Shown piece by piece: positions 23,594-37,446 of a stretch of DNA of 64,000 bases; the first letter of the stretch is position 1; every line of letters starts with the position of its first letter. This stretch comes from Albugo candida (Eukaryota), in assembly GCA_040437565.1 (NCBI GenBank), contig JBDOQK010000009.1, positions 62,001 to 126,000 of the forward strand. The letters are read 5' to 3'. The translations under genes were made by a program, and so were the position numbers. Under the pieces are notes generated by a model that saw only the letters and a list, made by a program, of their open reading frames with translations, was not told the DNA's origin and made no database searches.

Positions 23594-24019
23594 ATGCAAT
23601 TCTGTCCGTGTTGCGGCAATATCCTTTTGATTGAGCCGAGTGTTTGTGGGCTTTGTCTTGCTTTTCCGGCGAATGCGACGGGCTGATATGTGCTATGTAG
23701 CCGGATGGCATGCGATTATTTTGCCAGACTTGTCCATACGTGTACCGAATACAGACTCGCATTGAGAAACGCGTTAAGTTGCATCGAAAGCAAGTAGATG
23801 ATATTTTGGGTGGAGACGAAGCATGGGATAAAGTAGAGAAGACTGAAGGTGATAGATGAAACCTCTATATATACAAGGTGCTTGAAATGTACTGCAGCTC
23901 GGTGTCCACATTGCGAGCATGATCATGCTTACTTTGTGCAGATTCAGATCCGATCAGCCGATGAGCCTTCCACCACTTTCTACAAATGCGTTCAGTGCAA
24001 AAAGTCATGGAATGATTGA
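23594..24019 (+). CDS. RPC11: RNA polymerase III subunit C11 (3 exons), paralog 1
   Basis: Spliced: MQFCPCCGNILLIEPS | PDGMRLFCQTCPY...VDDILGGDEAW | RCPHCEHDHAYFVQIQIRSADEPSTTFYKCVQCKKSWND*. GT-AG introns at ~23642-23700 and ~23849-23897. Absent from the ORF track. Confidence 0.95.
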
Positions 24020-24095
24020 TTCATTGACTTTGTATGGTAAACAATGTTACTGGATAAAGTAAGCAAGCGATTAAGCACAAATGATGTATGGTATC

Positions 24096-25137
24096 TTAAA
24101 GAGTTGTCAAAGTACTTAGTCCGCTATGCTGCAACGTGCGGATTGAATTTTCATGAATCTTGAACGGAAACGACACTGCCGTCATAGTTTTCTGTAATAC
24201 GCGTTGATTTCTCTGTATCATGATCTACATAAGTCACGTCAACTTCAGCGATTGTACCAGATGCATTGCGTCGATGCTAACCGTTCCGTCGATATCAATG
24301 GAGTAACCGCTTGTCAAAGGCTTGGCGGTGAATACATAGGTGGCTAATTCTTCCAAACACGCACTCTACGCATTGGATGATCATTATCGTCCACTTCTCT
24401 TATATATGAGGGGTAGAGCAGTGCTAGATTACAAGTGAAATTTGGTTGGACTCGCGAACCAATTCAGTATCCAAATGGTGCAATGCGACTATAGTATGAC
24501 CTCCCTACGTGCAAATTCTATTATTCTCTGTGTTTTGAGAGGCATCAGAATAAACTTACATGATTTTCATATGTGAAAGACTTGCAGCCACGTATCAGGG
24601 ATAATAATTGCAGCTCTCCATAATGCCATTTCAATGCTTCCAAGTCGTCAAAGATAATTACCTTAGTAGAAACATCGCCATTTTCTACCTTAATGCAGTC
24701 GGAAATCCGACGAAAGAGATCTCCGACATTCACATGCAATGGATTGGAGAAGAAATCCAAGTAAATGAGTTTCTGCTTGTTTTCCATCTGGGACAATTGG
24801 ACACCCTGGAAAGTAAGGACGATGTTGAACAGAAGCAAGTGAGCCGCCATTCACAGGTTGTACCATCTTCCGGCCTACTGCTTCGTAATGCTCTTTCGAT
24901 CTACCTAATGCCACGAATATGACACTATGCTCTTCAAACGCAATTGTTATACTTTTAAATGCTTTCTCGTGATATCCGGTGAATCAAACCTCCTTTCAAA
25001 AAAAGCGCCATAAAATGATGGATTAGGAAATCTGCAGATACTTTACAAGTATCTTGTAGTAGTACAAGCTCTCCTCTAGGAACACATGCTGGTGACCATG
25101 TCAGTTCAGGTCCCAATTGGTATAATCCGTCTGCCAT
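24096..25137 (-). CDS. ELP6: Elongator complex subunit 6 (multi-exon)
   Basis: LVLLQDTCKVSADFLIHHFM, VIIFDDLEAL, KPLTSGYSIDIDG and FPFKIHENSI motifs appear in the order expected for ELP6. Confidence 0.85.
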
Positions 25138-25276
25138 GCGAATTCGGCGTACTTAAGGAGTAGATGCGACCATTGCAGCGGCGAATTATGGATTCATTTA
25201 CGTAGCACACTCAAAGTGCATTCCGAACACATGCACCATCGGACACATGAATGTGTTATTCTGACGACAGTTCCCC

Positions 25277-26496
25277 TCACTTTTCAAAGGAGTTTGTCTT
25301 ATTCTGGGCTACTGGTATATAGTGACAAATGCTCGAGGTATCGCCCAATGCTGTTGATGTACAGTAAATAATGATGGATACTAGTCGACTTCCCCAATCG
25401 TTTATCTTGATCATGTCTGGATACGGGGCTTGACTACTTAGTCGATGGCGCATGGATAAGAATATGACTGATATCTACTTGTAACTATGGTTCACACGTA
25501 CAATATCGTCAAAAATAGATCTATTACAAGAGGATACTTGCAAACGCGACTTCTTGGTCGCCTAAGCATGGCAGTAGACATTCAGAATACGTAACAAGGC
25601 GACTTGGAAGTTGCACAAGCATAAAAATGTTCAATAGACGCATTACTTGTGCTGCTAAATATTGCGATAGGTATCCAAACACCAGCAGCATTGAAGCTCT
25701 GTACCAAGTGTTTGGGTTCTTAATCTCTCCAAAAGCTTCGTATAACATGCGACCATTTCGTATGATGACTAGAGAAAGGAACCTGTAGCGCAAGACTGCA
25801 GATAACGGATTCAGTATTGTGAATCGCNNNNNNNNNNNNNNNNNNNNNNNNNNNNNNNNNNNNNNNNNNNNNNNNNNNNNNNNNNNNNNNNNNNNNNNNN
25901 NNNNNNNNNNNNNNNNNNNNNNNNNNNTAGTCGATGGCGCATGGATAAGAATATGACTGATATCTACTTGTAACTATGGTTCACACGTACAATATCGTCA
26001 AAAATAGATCTATTACAAGAGGATACTTGCAAACGCGACTTCTTGGTCGCCTAAGCATGGCAGTAGACATTCAGAATACGTAACAAGGCGACTTGGAAGT
26101 TGCACAAGCATAAAAATGTTCAATAGACGCATTACTTGTGCTGCTAAATATTGCGATAGGTATCCAAACACCAGCAGCATTGAAGCTCTGTACCAAGTGT
26201 TTGGGTTCTTAATCTCTCCAAAAGCTTCGTATAACATGCGACCATTTCGTATGATGACTAGAGAAAGGAACCTGTAGCGCAAGACTGCAGATAACGGATT
26301 CAGTATTGTGAATCGCAACTAACCACATCACTAAAAGCAATGACTGATGCGGAAGATTTGATTTACCTCACAAATAACGTACATTATAGTTGCAACCGCA
26401 ATCATCGATGCCTAAGTGATAATTACTTTGAGAGAATGGTTAATGTCTATTTGCACCAAGCATGCACGCAATAAACTGACTTCTATTTGTAGCCAT
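25277..26496 (-). CDS. Hypothetical multi-exon membrane protein (partly repeated across the gap)
   Basis: Hydrophobic exons joined by GT-AG introns (ASMIAVATIMYVICE | LRFTILNPL...); start uncertain; no family recognised. Confidence 0.4.
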
Positions 26497-26884
26497 AATG
26501 AATGGCTTCACAGAATATCGTTAGTGAAGATGCATCGAATCAGAATCAATTTTCGTCGAGTATGACCGCTTGAGGACGAATTTGCAAAGCTTTTGCCTTG
26601 CCATTGCGCTCACCTTAGCTGCTATCGACCTACCCTGTATCATGCGAAAGCTTTTTATCGTTAGCAAAGCACACAGGCTGAATACTTGATCTGTAATCGC
26701 TTCACACTCCTCACAGTCGCCTAAAGATGAAGCTACGATCATGTCAGGTAAACTATGAATGGATCTTTTGCGACATCGAGATCATCGAGATATAAGCCGA
26801 GACTGCAGGATACGGTCCATCGATATCCTGACCTTGAACAACGTCGTATTGATTTGCAATCAATATATGATGAAGCTCAAATCT

Positions 26885-29800
26885 CTATAATATCAAGGTA
26901 GGCTGCATTTGCTTGACCAGCGTCTCCAAGCATGCAAGCAAGTTTTTCGACTTGCTTCTCGACACAAAATCCAGCAGCGGTTGCCACTTACTTACACCTG
27001 CTTCTAATGTACCACAATTGGCCATCACATCGCCTCTATACTCATCAACAATTGTTTCCATTGTCTTCTTTTCGAGCTTCTGTTCACTGTGCATTTCCAC
27101 AAGGCATAGCGCACAATCAAATTCCTTGGCGCAAAGACTGTAGACAAATTGAGTTAGAGAACGACACTTTTGCTCGTATATAAAGATATCAACTCACAGT
27201 AGGGTTAGTGTGTGCTCGATGTCGTTGGTAGAAGCGATGAATTCAAGAAAGCTCTGTTTGAACGGTGTCTTGAGTATAGCTTGATGGTAACCTTGGCTGA
27301 CGGCTTCCGTGAAAATAACATGTAATAGAGCAAGCTGCTCTTGAAACAATCCACCACTCGATCCAGAAGTCTCCGTATCTGCACTGGGCTGTTCTTCATC
27401 GGAAATTGCAGCAGTGTCAATCATCTCATCAAGAACGGATTGATAGGCTCCTGCCTTAATGATCTGAACAAGTGCCTCATATCTTGTGCGAGGTCGCGGA
27501 ATCATTATTGCAATTCTGACTGCAATTGAGTTGAGATTCAGCTTCTCCGCCGTTGTTTGTTTCCCATTAAATTTTTTGATCGACAAGAGGTCTCCAATAT
27601 CTCGGACAAGAACAATGATCTTGGGAATATCAATTCTCTCAAGAAAAGGGCAAGTTCGAAGCAATTGAACCACGTCTTCAAGTACCTGCTGAACCCTTTT
27701 GTATGGTATCCGTTGAGGGCTAACGTTACCAGCGATTTCTTCCTCATCACTTCCAAAATCAAACTGATTCTCCATGGACCCGTTCTTGCACATTGATAAC
27801 AAACTTGTAAGTGGCGAGTGCAAGGTTACTTCCCAAAACGTGTACGCATCAGGTATTGTTTGAACTATTGATTTTCCACTCAGCGCCACAAGAAGTGATA
27901 GTAACTGTTTGAACATTTGCTTTTCTGTCAACAGCTTCAGAGTTCGATACCACAAGCTAGCGTTATCAATATCAAAGTCTAGCATAGCTTCCGATGCACA
28001 ATTCAGCGCCCAAGCCGGTGTAACACCATTCTCCTCGTGTCGACGTAACAAGCTCTCGACAATAATCGTCTTGTCCATTTTGATGAAAGACTGTGAATCG
28101 ATTGGAACACGGTGCTCTTCCAGAACGATCATGTACCGGCCATATCGCAAATACGTTTTCAGTTCGACTAGTATATCAGTCATATTAGTCCCGGCAGAAA
28201 CATTTTCTCTCATTCCCACTGACCAAATTTTTGTACATAACAAAAGAATTCTTGCAGCTCGCATTTTAGCACGTGAAGTAACTCCGGCTCGAGCGCGTGT
28301 TTCCTTGACAAAGTTAAAAAGATATTCGATGATTTCAACCAGTTCCGGATTATTTGACTCCGCATTAGAGTCCAACCCTGCTTCATCTTTCGCTACCCAC
28401 GATACGATCGAGTATATTTTCTCAACAAGCTCCTGATCTCGGTCATCATATTCTTCATCAGCTGAAGGTGTAAAGATATTTGGCTCTTTGTCATATAAGC
28501 CAATGGAGAAGGCTTCCGAGTAATCCCAAGCGGTTTTGCACACACGTACTGCATCTTCTGTGAGCCATAGCTGGACAAGGTGGAGCTGCAGTTTCTCATT
28601 GGCAAGTTTGAGTTTGTCTAGGATTACATCACCGATGCGATGAAGCATACTGCTTTGTTTAATGGCGTGGAATAAGTTAAAATATTGCCGATAGAGTTCC
28701 ACAAATAAGGTTCTGGGTTTATCGATCCATCTCCTCACGTCCTTCATTATATTGGGCATCATCGATTCGAGTTTCCGTGTTTCCAGTTTTTGCATGAGAA
28801 TTTTGATCTCATAATATATAACATCCTTCTTCAATTGTCCTGATTGCAATTCACTGACCAAAGTTGTTTCCTTGGAATTCTCTGACTTGATAATACTGAT
28901 TTCGGTTGCTTCGAAAATGTTTACCGCATAATTTAACGCCTTCAACTTTTCAACATCATTTGCCAATTGCTCTGCTAGCCACTGTGCTGCAGACGCTCTC
29001 GCGATCGGGGATACAGAATTGATCAAGATCTTCTCAAAGCGAGCGAAATTCCACCGTCGTTTATCGTCAGTAGCAGTTCGAGAAAGCTGTGCTAGTTTGA
29101 CAGTATTCTGCAACAAGACCATGTTCAATTTGTCCGTGTCAACTTGTAAGAGGACACCTATTGCCGCAATGATTTCAAAATTGTCTTCGTTTGCATTGGC
29201 TCCAAGTACGTTGCAGGGTTCCGCCATCAGCTTGTGAAAGTTGATTGTAACGAATTGTTCTTTGGACTTCGCTTTGGACTGCAGCTTGAGGAGGCGTAAT
29301 ACCTGGAGTCGGATTGTGATTTCCGCTTGATTCGAGCAAGGAATTCGGTCTAATAAAAGCTGATAGATGAATTCAAGTCGGCTATAATCCAGTCCGGACA
29401 CATTCGGAATAACACGTGATAGTACTGGTTGTAGATACTGCGCATGGATATCGTCGAGCACACCCACGATAAGAGATTGATAATCATATTTCGTTCCATC
29501 GGGTAGGAGTAACAATTCTTCCACGTACACAAGAAGAGGGTAATTATCGTCGATATGGTATTGTCGTGTAAACTCGAGCACTGTGAGTAGATCCAAGTTG
29601 CTTTTCTTCATCAATTCAGGAACGAGACGTTTTAGGTACTCAATATCTCTTTTCTCAATCAGGAAAGCTTTAGGTTCACAACTGATTCCAAGAAGACTGA
29701 AACAGTGCCACCATCTCGCGTTCGCTTCTAAATCAACACAATTTTGTAAGAAGCCAATCTGTTGCCATGCTCTTGCAGCATCCGACCCAATAATTGCAAG

Positions 29801-32800
29801 CTAGAAAACCATTTCAGAAGCGTTACTGTATCCTCCTGTCACAAAATCTGTACCTGTTGGAATCGTGTGTAGTCTTTGACCACGTTTTCTTTGGTAATTT
29901 GAGATCTGAAACATTCAAAAGCATCGCTTTGTTCCATTGTGAGCATTAGGCTAGAGGAAAAAGCATTCATAGCGTTAACTGACAAGAAATTGAACTGCAG
30001 AACATACCCCAGCGACAAAACGCGATCAATTCGCTCCGATTGGAATACGGTCGATAGCAGCCTGCTTTTCTCAGACTGAAGAACAGCTTGAGCTTCTATT
30101 GGAACAATCTGCATGCTCAAGATGACACGCAAAGCGAGCAGATGTGCATTTTGTCCCAGTAGGAAGGAGACGAGTCGTTTAGATGGAAGCAGATCGCCTG
30201 ATGTGACTGACTGAAGAGAAGTGTCCACTGAGTTCTTATTCGGTTCTTGCTCGTTGGATGACCTGTCACACTGCTTCGTCATGAATATTTTGTGCTCTTG
30301 GATCGCATACTGAGTCGCTAGGCGCATTCCTTGTGCATATGGAAGAACAGTTGTGTCGTCTCTAAACCACTGAGTGTACAACCGCATGTCGAATGGCGCA
30401 GTTCGTGCCGTCGTGCTCAGTGTCGCATACTGTAAAATACTATTGACGAGAACAGCATTTCTGTACAGAAGAATGCATTCGGCTAGGGAATGAATCTCAC
30501 AAACACATGCGGTATAAGTCAGCACTTCCATAGAATACAACGTTGTGCCTAAATGTGGATCGGATAAAGCTGTAACGTGATTCAATGACTGACGTTGAGC
30601 GTGTTGAGGGAGCTGATTCACACAATGAGCTTCATGTGCGGAGATCATAAAAGAGATTTGTTGGAGAGTTGATGCGGCTTTTTCGAATAATTTTTTGTTT
30701 GTAAGTGGTGTACCTCGCTCCCGTGATGATTTCCCATTCCATGATACGTAATAGTTGACCCTATTACGAAAGAGTGAAAATAATTCTCTCGCATACTGAA
30801 GCGCTTGCCCGATGGACCCACTTTGTGCAGCGTGCTTAGCAATCAACGTATCATAATCATGTGATTCCAGCCCAAGTAAAAGTGCAAATCGTCGCAACTC
30901 AGTGGAAAGCTGCACTCTTCTTTCATCCATAATTGCATCACTTCCAGATATACGATTCGTCGTCGTTTGTGCTTCCTCATGGTCAAGCAGCCTTTGTCGC
31001 TTTGACATGTCTGCGTATTGGTTATCAATTCCAATCTGGTGCGACATTTTCCTCTTCCCGTTTCCAAGATGCGTACGAGTTTCGCTTGTACTATCTTTCT
31101 GCTCCGTTTCATATGTCCTTTCAATTTGTGATTCTCGCAATTTCAAGCATTGGGCGATGTATCTCTCGCACTTTTCCTTGTTCTTCAATGTGGATACCGA
31201 TAGCAGAATCCCATACTCTGTTTCCATTTGCTGCAGTCGTTGTAAATCACGAAGCAATCGCGTAGTTGCTTTGCGTGACATCGCTGATATAGGTCTACTT
31301 TTCCTCTGACAGGAATTCAAATACGTACTGACGATCTTCTCCATCAAAGGTATCAAATTATAGCGTCTCTGTGTTTCCATTTTAGTGCCAACTGTAACAT
31401 GATAATGCACATCGTTTTTCTGATCTTCCTGCTCCTTTTCAACTCGTTCGAGCATATTCAGACCGAAAGCGATGACTTCGTCGACAATTTCTCCAATGCA
31501 TTGCAGACTGACACAATTTTTCTCCAAGTACGAAAAGCTTTCTTCAATGGCTTTGGATCTCATGGTGATGAATGAAGTGCGTGTTTCCTGTCCTATGGCT
31601 GATTTCATCGGTACAATATACAGTAGATTTTCCAAGTATTCCACAATCGCCACACTTCGGTAATGTTCATTTAAGTGAATGGAAGCATCGATCAGACATA
31701 TTCCATCGGCTAATGCGGAAGGTCTTTCAACTTGTCCAAGTATGTGGGAAATGACATATGGCATGTGCTTGGTATCTGTCATTGAGATGCTCCCGATTCC
31801 ATATGAATAAAGCATCTCTTGGATATTCATCAACCGCACAGCTTCTTGCAGCTCATTCTTTTGATTTGATTCCTGTAAGCAACAACCCCTTGCATAATCT
31901 TGCACGATATTTGAATAGGGAGCCTTCAGTCCTCGAAACCATTTCAGAGCAGCAGCCATCCGTTTTTCTTGATTTTCTATTTCATCAAGTAGTACAACCA
32001 CACGTGTTTCTATGTCCTCATCCATGCCAGCATCCGTTTCATTCGCTTCAGCAATGTATTCCTCTAGTACCCTATCGCAGTCCTCTTTGTACTTGCTGAG
32101 ATAGATCCGAACATGATGCTTCATCTCTTGTCGGATCATCTGCGGAGACGTTGCACGATCCAGCATGCTCATGGCAATACTTGTTGGGGTTTCCTACACA
32201 AAGTGTGTTACTTCAGATCGATTAGTCTGCAATGGGCGCATACCACCGCGAGAGATGTAAAGGAGAGAGCATAACCATGTTCTTCTGCGAGATACTTGAC
32301 ATGATAAAGTTGCTCTCTGACTTGCTTCATTTTTTTTAGTTCGGCCATGTTGTAAATCTCATTGAATGCAGGGCTATCCTCCGTTTTGATACTTTCCGGA
32401 ACAACAAAGCACGTGTGCCTATCCATATCGAAGGAAGCACGAATTTGAATGGGTAGACTGGATAGAAATCCGTCGATCAGTCGAATAGCATCATCATAGC
32501 CGTCCTGTGACGCTATGGATGTTGCGCGGTCAGTGCACCATGTTATTGCGGCACGATATGTCTCCCGAAGTGGAGAATTGGTGGATGTCACCGTTGCATC
32601 AGAGGCAATCGATCCTGTTGGCAGTTGAGCTTGCATGAAAACCTCTTTTAAGACGTCTTGTGTCAGCCAATCCAAATAGTCATGAACGCGAACGTTTGTG
32701 GGTATAAATGTTAGAATTTGAGCCGTAATGGAGCCACTTATGTCAGTGCTGTGGCGGTTCCATAGAATTTTGACAGCTCTCATTGCACCAAATCGCAAAT

Positions 32801-34687
32801 ATGAATTCAAAATTGAATGGATATTGCATTTATAAAAATCAACCCATTCTGCTCGCATGTTGTTAGATTCTGCAAAGCAGCTTCTTAAAAGCTGAAAAGT
32901 GCTCCATTTGTGTAAACCAGCATGAATTACTTCACAGCAATCCATAGACACATCCTTTAATTCATCTGAAGTCGGCATTTCTAGATGTGTGTGCACAAAA
33001 TGAAGGAATTCATAGAGTCGGGCAATCAACAATTGGGTAGATCCATCTTCAATTCCAATCATATCAAAACACTTTTTTGCACACTCAACGATACTTGCCA
33101 TCTGCGAAGAATTCCCACGGCCATAATCGTAATTCTCTGTAAGCATTTTTAGTTTGTTGGTGAGGGAAGTGACTTGGTCGTAAGCATGAGTAGATGGCAA
33201 CGACTGCTCATTCATTGGTTGTGCTTTTGCCCACTCGGCCAGTGATATTCTGCCATGTTGATACGTGACCAATCCAAATGAGATTCGGTCATGTTGGAAA
33301 GTTGGAAACACAGATAGATGGTGTTCTGTCTCACAAAACTTCGGCTTGTTCCAAAGGACATTCGTGGTGGCTGTGATGCTCGAACCTTTCGGATAGACGA
33401 CCGAACGTACTTCCAACCTCGCCGCGTTGTCTACTTTTCTGTCTAACACGAGCATGACTTGATGAGTGTCTTCGAGTTCATGTATGTTAGCGGTATCCAT
33501 CAAGGCGAAAGAGTCAACACCATCAATCGAGATGTTGAATAACGGGACCATTGACAACCAGTCCATCCTATAAACAAAGAGGTGAGGTGACGTATGTACT
33601 CATTCGTTTGTTAGGGGCACCATTGAAAAATATTCCGCAACCAAAGAACCAAAAATCGAAAATCATTAGTCAGTCTCATCTGACGGATAGCCCAATTCTG
33701 CAGCTTCATGGCGGCACGAATTTTCTATCGTCACAATACCATCAGCAGCCGAACCGATTTCAGTGCATTTCGAAATTCAAAATAAACGTACAATTGATCC
33801 CCTCTCTTCGTTTTCGCCACCCTTGGACCAGACTGCAACTTCATCGTTGTGGTTCGCCGAAATCAAGTATGGAATTTCTGCTACTCGAAGACTCTGCAAA
33901 CAAGAGCTTGATCTCGACAAGGAACATGTGTGCTTTACTCAAATACCGTACAAGTAATTGCGATTCTGCGGTCACCTTTCCTAGGCTTGCCACGAGCTGA
34001 CAGATTTCCACTTTCTGAGAGGAAGGTAAATTATTCGTGTCTAATTCCAGTGAAAATAGAGATCCAGCTATTGTTGTAATGAAGAGATGATTGGTGCAAT
34101 CCATAGTACGAGCTGTTTCGAAACAAAGGGATACAATTCTAAAAACCACGCAAATACGATTATTCGTATAACATGATCAAATGGATTTCTTCATACCGGT
34201 CCTCACTATCCATTGGTAATATTTGCAGTATCTTGAGTTGTTTTCCCATGTCAGCGCAGTATAAGATGACCCGCCCAGTAGATTGAGCAACGGCGATAAT
34301 TTCCCCACAATCACTCAGTGCCAAAGCTACTTGTTTTGTTTCCATCATATCCATTTCCACCCATTGATGTGATTCAGCTTCATGAGCCTTTTCATTTTGA
34401 GAATTTTCATTTGAATTTGTGTCCCGCACCGGAGATCTGTTAGTCGTATCTCGAAGCACGGATCTTGTACGAGAGTGACTGTTCGAAGTATTAACGGCGT
34501 ATTTTATCGAGGCAATGGAACGTGAGGAAGTAGCGACAATGACTCGACCTGATGTAGATCGAAGGTGTGTGCTTATATCGGTGGATGCAGACAGTGAGTC
34601 GAGTTGATTGTGCTTTTTTGTCTGAAGATTAGAAAGTGAAGTGATTTCTGCCGGAACGGAAGCAATCAATGTTGAAGTGAACATCAT
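26885..34687 (-). CDS. KNTC1: Kinetochore protein Rough deal/KNTC1-like (RZZ complex), multi-exon, roughly 2400 aa
   Basis: Long exons separated by short introns; IAMSMLDRATSPQMIRQEMKHHVRIYL and NARWWHCFSLLGISC resemble KNTC1 segments as I recall them; size and N-terminal beta-propeller-like region fit. Confidence 0.78.
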
Positions 34688-34944
34688 TCTTTAGATGAAA
34701 ATAAGACAGGAAACTTCAACCAATGAAGAAAACTACACGAATTGTGGTACCAAACTTTTCGACATATGAGTGTCGAAAACTGATTCATCACGTCGAAAAT
34801 GTATAGTTGACAAGGACTCTGCCTGAATGTCTGCCCCACACCTTATAAGAATATGATCAAGGGCATAACAATCAATAGTTGGTGACAAATATTATAATTG
34901 ATAGACACATCTTCTCTAAGACTAACTAGTATTCCTTCACCAAG

Positions 34945-35070
34945 TCACGCTGCGGTTTCTAGCGCTTCAAGAACAGTCATCTCATCAGATTGTAAGTTGG
35001 CCAAGCGCCAGGACAGCTTCCATATATAAATCTTCCCTGCTGCATCGCCTGCTGCTACAAAATTTCGTTG
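34945..35070 (-). CDS. WDR34: C-terminus of a WDR34-like duplicate (rest lies in the gap)
   Basis: Reverse-complement match to 48856-48981 (QRNFVAAGDAAGKIYIWKLSW...ETAA*). Confidence 0.7.
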   Translation of the reverse strand, partial: QRNFVAAGDAAGKIYIWKLSWRLANLQSDEMTVLEALETAA

Positions 35071-35170
35071 NNNNNNNNNNNNNNNNNNNNNNNNNNNNNN
35101 NNNNNNNNNNNNNNNNNNNNNNNNNNNNNNNNNNNNNNNNNNNNNNNNNNNNNNNNNNNNNNNNNNNNNN

Positions 35171-35357
35171 GTCGAGTACAATGTGTGTACCCTGCTCCAA
35201 CATGATGGAAAATGCGATTCCGCCTAAAACACATACACCGACAACCCATTCGCCAGCGTCCTCGAGATAGGCTGTTGCTTCGCTGTAAAGATGGAATACA
35301 ATCACACCCATCGAACAACCAGCCGCAAAGCTAATCATAAAATCGAGTAAGTTATCC
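35171..35357 (-). pseudogene. 5'-truncated ZIP transporter duplicate
   Basis: Inverted copy of 48359-48543 with a few substitutions (DLMIS to DFMIS, GCLMG to GCSMG); homology stops abruptly at 35357. Confidence 0.75.
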
Positions 35358-37420
35358 GTGTTGCCCAATCGAGAATTTTTTCTGCGGACTTGGAAGCGTT
35401 GCACCTTGGTAACATCTTTTGTGGTGTAACATTCAGCGGACAGGGTGTATTCACTTAACTATTCTCGGTAGGGAGACTCGTACATGGTCACGACTTGAAA
35501 TACCTACAAATACATCTCCAATGCGCAAAAAAAGTGGGCAAATAACGTCTCCATCGCTTCAATCTTTAGATCACAGATTTCAACAGCTGTAATCAAAAAT
35601 CATGTGATCGCTTGTCGTTTTATCTTTTCCAACAAGGTGCATGATAATAGCTACTTGGTACCGCTATTCATCGTAATCCAAGTCCCTTTCGTTCTTCCAG
35701 GCCAGTTCGTTGACCGTCTCTGACAATTTTGGGAAGAACTTGGGGAGCTTTCAAAAGCTGCGCAATCATTTCAGCCAGCATACAAGGCGATGGAATCACC
35801 GGACAGGCCGCAGATCACCCTAATTTTTCAGATGTAAAACGTATCGCTCGCAAAAAGTCAAAGCAAGACCCCTGCTGGATACACTGCACTGCGCAGATGT
35901 CCAATGCTATCGGATCTTTAGCCAGCACTCAAAGCCCTGTTGGCTAGATTTGGCAGAGACGACTTCTATGTATTGATTCATCTTTATATTGAGCATATTC
36001 TTTCGCGTTCCTCATGCAACTCATTATAGAATCACGTCGTCAGATTAAAAGCACCAAATCGATCAACCAGACTCGATGAATGCGTCTATGCGATAACTAG
36101 CAATGCAGTGATTCCAAAATCATCACTTTACTAATTCTAATAAGAAATAGCTTATAAGAGGACAAGGTTCCCGTAAGCTCACTATGAGTATGATTTTAAT
36201 CAAACTAGGTCTATCAGGAGCCCTTTGCTCATGCCTTCAGTAGATAATGCTTTCCACGGTACTGACCTTCACAACCCGATTAGTGTCCAGCAGACTACGG
36301 AAGTGATCCTTGCTTTAATGTCAATATCAGCTACAAATAATTCAAAATTTATGTATTCTATCTTTTCATTAATCTTTGTTTTGCGCGCTGTCACTAACAT
36401 TCACTAGCGGTAAAGCGTTTGATTACCTCAACCGATCAGCTGCGACAATTGTAGTGTGCACCCAACTCCATACAAATGTCAGATAATGCGTGTTGTTGGA
36501 ACTTTCCACGTGCTACCGACGGTTCTCTGCCCCTCAGTAGCACATCGTATCAAATCAAGAGCAATATACTTTCTGACATATCATCAGAGCGCTGAGACAT
36601 CAATTTCGAAGTGGTACTTTTAGTGATGCACCAAATCAAAATTTTAAACGTATATGTGTGAGTGGGAAAGCCTTCCATAGGCTCATTCTGCAAGATATCG
36701 AATACGATGAAAATCAGCTCTACCTATATAAGCATCCTGGCAATCACGCATCTACAAGCAACAGAGCCGCATGGCTTTGCTAAAGATGACAATCAGCGCT
36801 CTGTAAAGAAAGAGGGTTCGTTCAGACGCGTCAATACATTTACGAACCGCGGTTCTTTCAACGGGATGCCCTCTTACCCGTCTCCATTGATCGTAACGGA
36901 CAAAGCTTCCCAAAATGTACAAATTACTTCAACAAGTGCGAATATGTTTGCAGCGTGTCTACCTCTTCCACCAAAAAAGAGTCGACGTACACAGCGTTCG
37001 ATATCGANNNNNNNNNNNNNNNNNNNNNNNNNNNNNNNNNNNNNNNNNNNNNNNNNNNNNNNNNNNNNNNNNNNNNNNNNNNNNNNNNNNNNNNNNNNNN
37101 NNNNNNNATTAATCTTTGTTTTGCGCGCTGTCACTAACATTCACTAGCGGTAAAGCGTTTGATTACCTCAACCGATCAGCTGCGACAATTGTAGTGTGCA
37201 CCCAACTCCATACAAATGTCAGATAATGCGTGTTGTTGGAACTTTCCACGTGCTACCGACGGTTCTCTGCCCCTCAGTAGCACATCGTATCAAATCAAGA
37301 GCAATATACTTTCTGACATATCATCAGAGCGCTGAGACATCAATTTCGAAGTGGTACTTTTAGTGATGCACCAAATCAAAATTTTAAACGTATATGTGTG
37401 AGTGGGAAAGCCTTCCATAG

Positions 37421-37436
37421 GCTCATTCTGCAAGAT
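37421..37436 (+). promoter_or_regulatory. Oomycete-type initiator (Inr/FPR-like) element
   Basis: GCTCATTCTGCAAGAT starts 26 bp before the ATG at 37447 and resembles the oomycete GCTCATTYYNCAW consensus; the paralogs have TCTCATTT at similar positions. Confidence 0.6.
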
Positions 37437-37446
37437 ATCGAATACG

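Noticed and set aside
23542-23619. N-terminal extension of RFT1 in the ORF track (624 aa)
   Set aside because: It begins at a non-ATG codon and overlaps RPC11 exon 1 on the opposite strand.
25438-26316. Apparent tandem gene pair 25524-25793 / 26013-26318
   Set aside because: Identical flanks across a gap; one locus.
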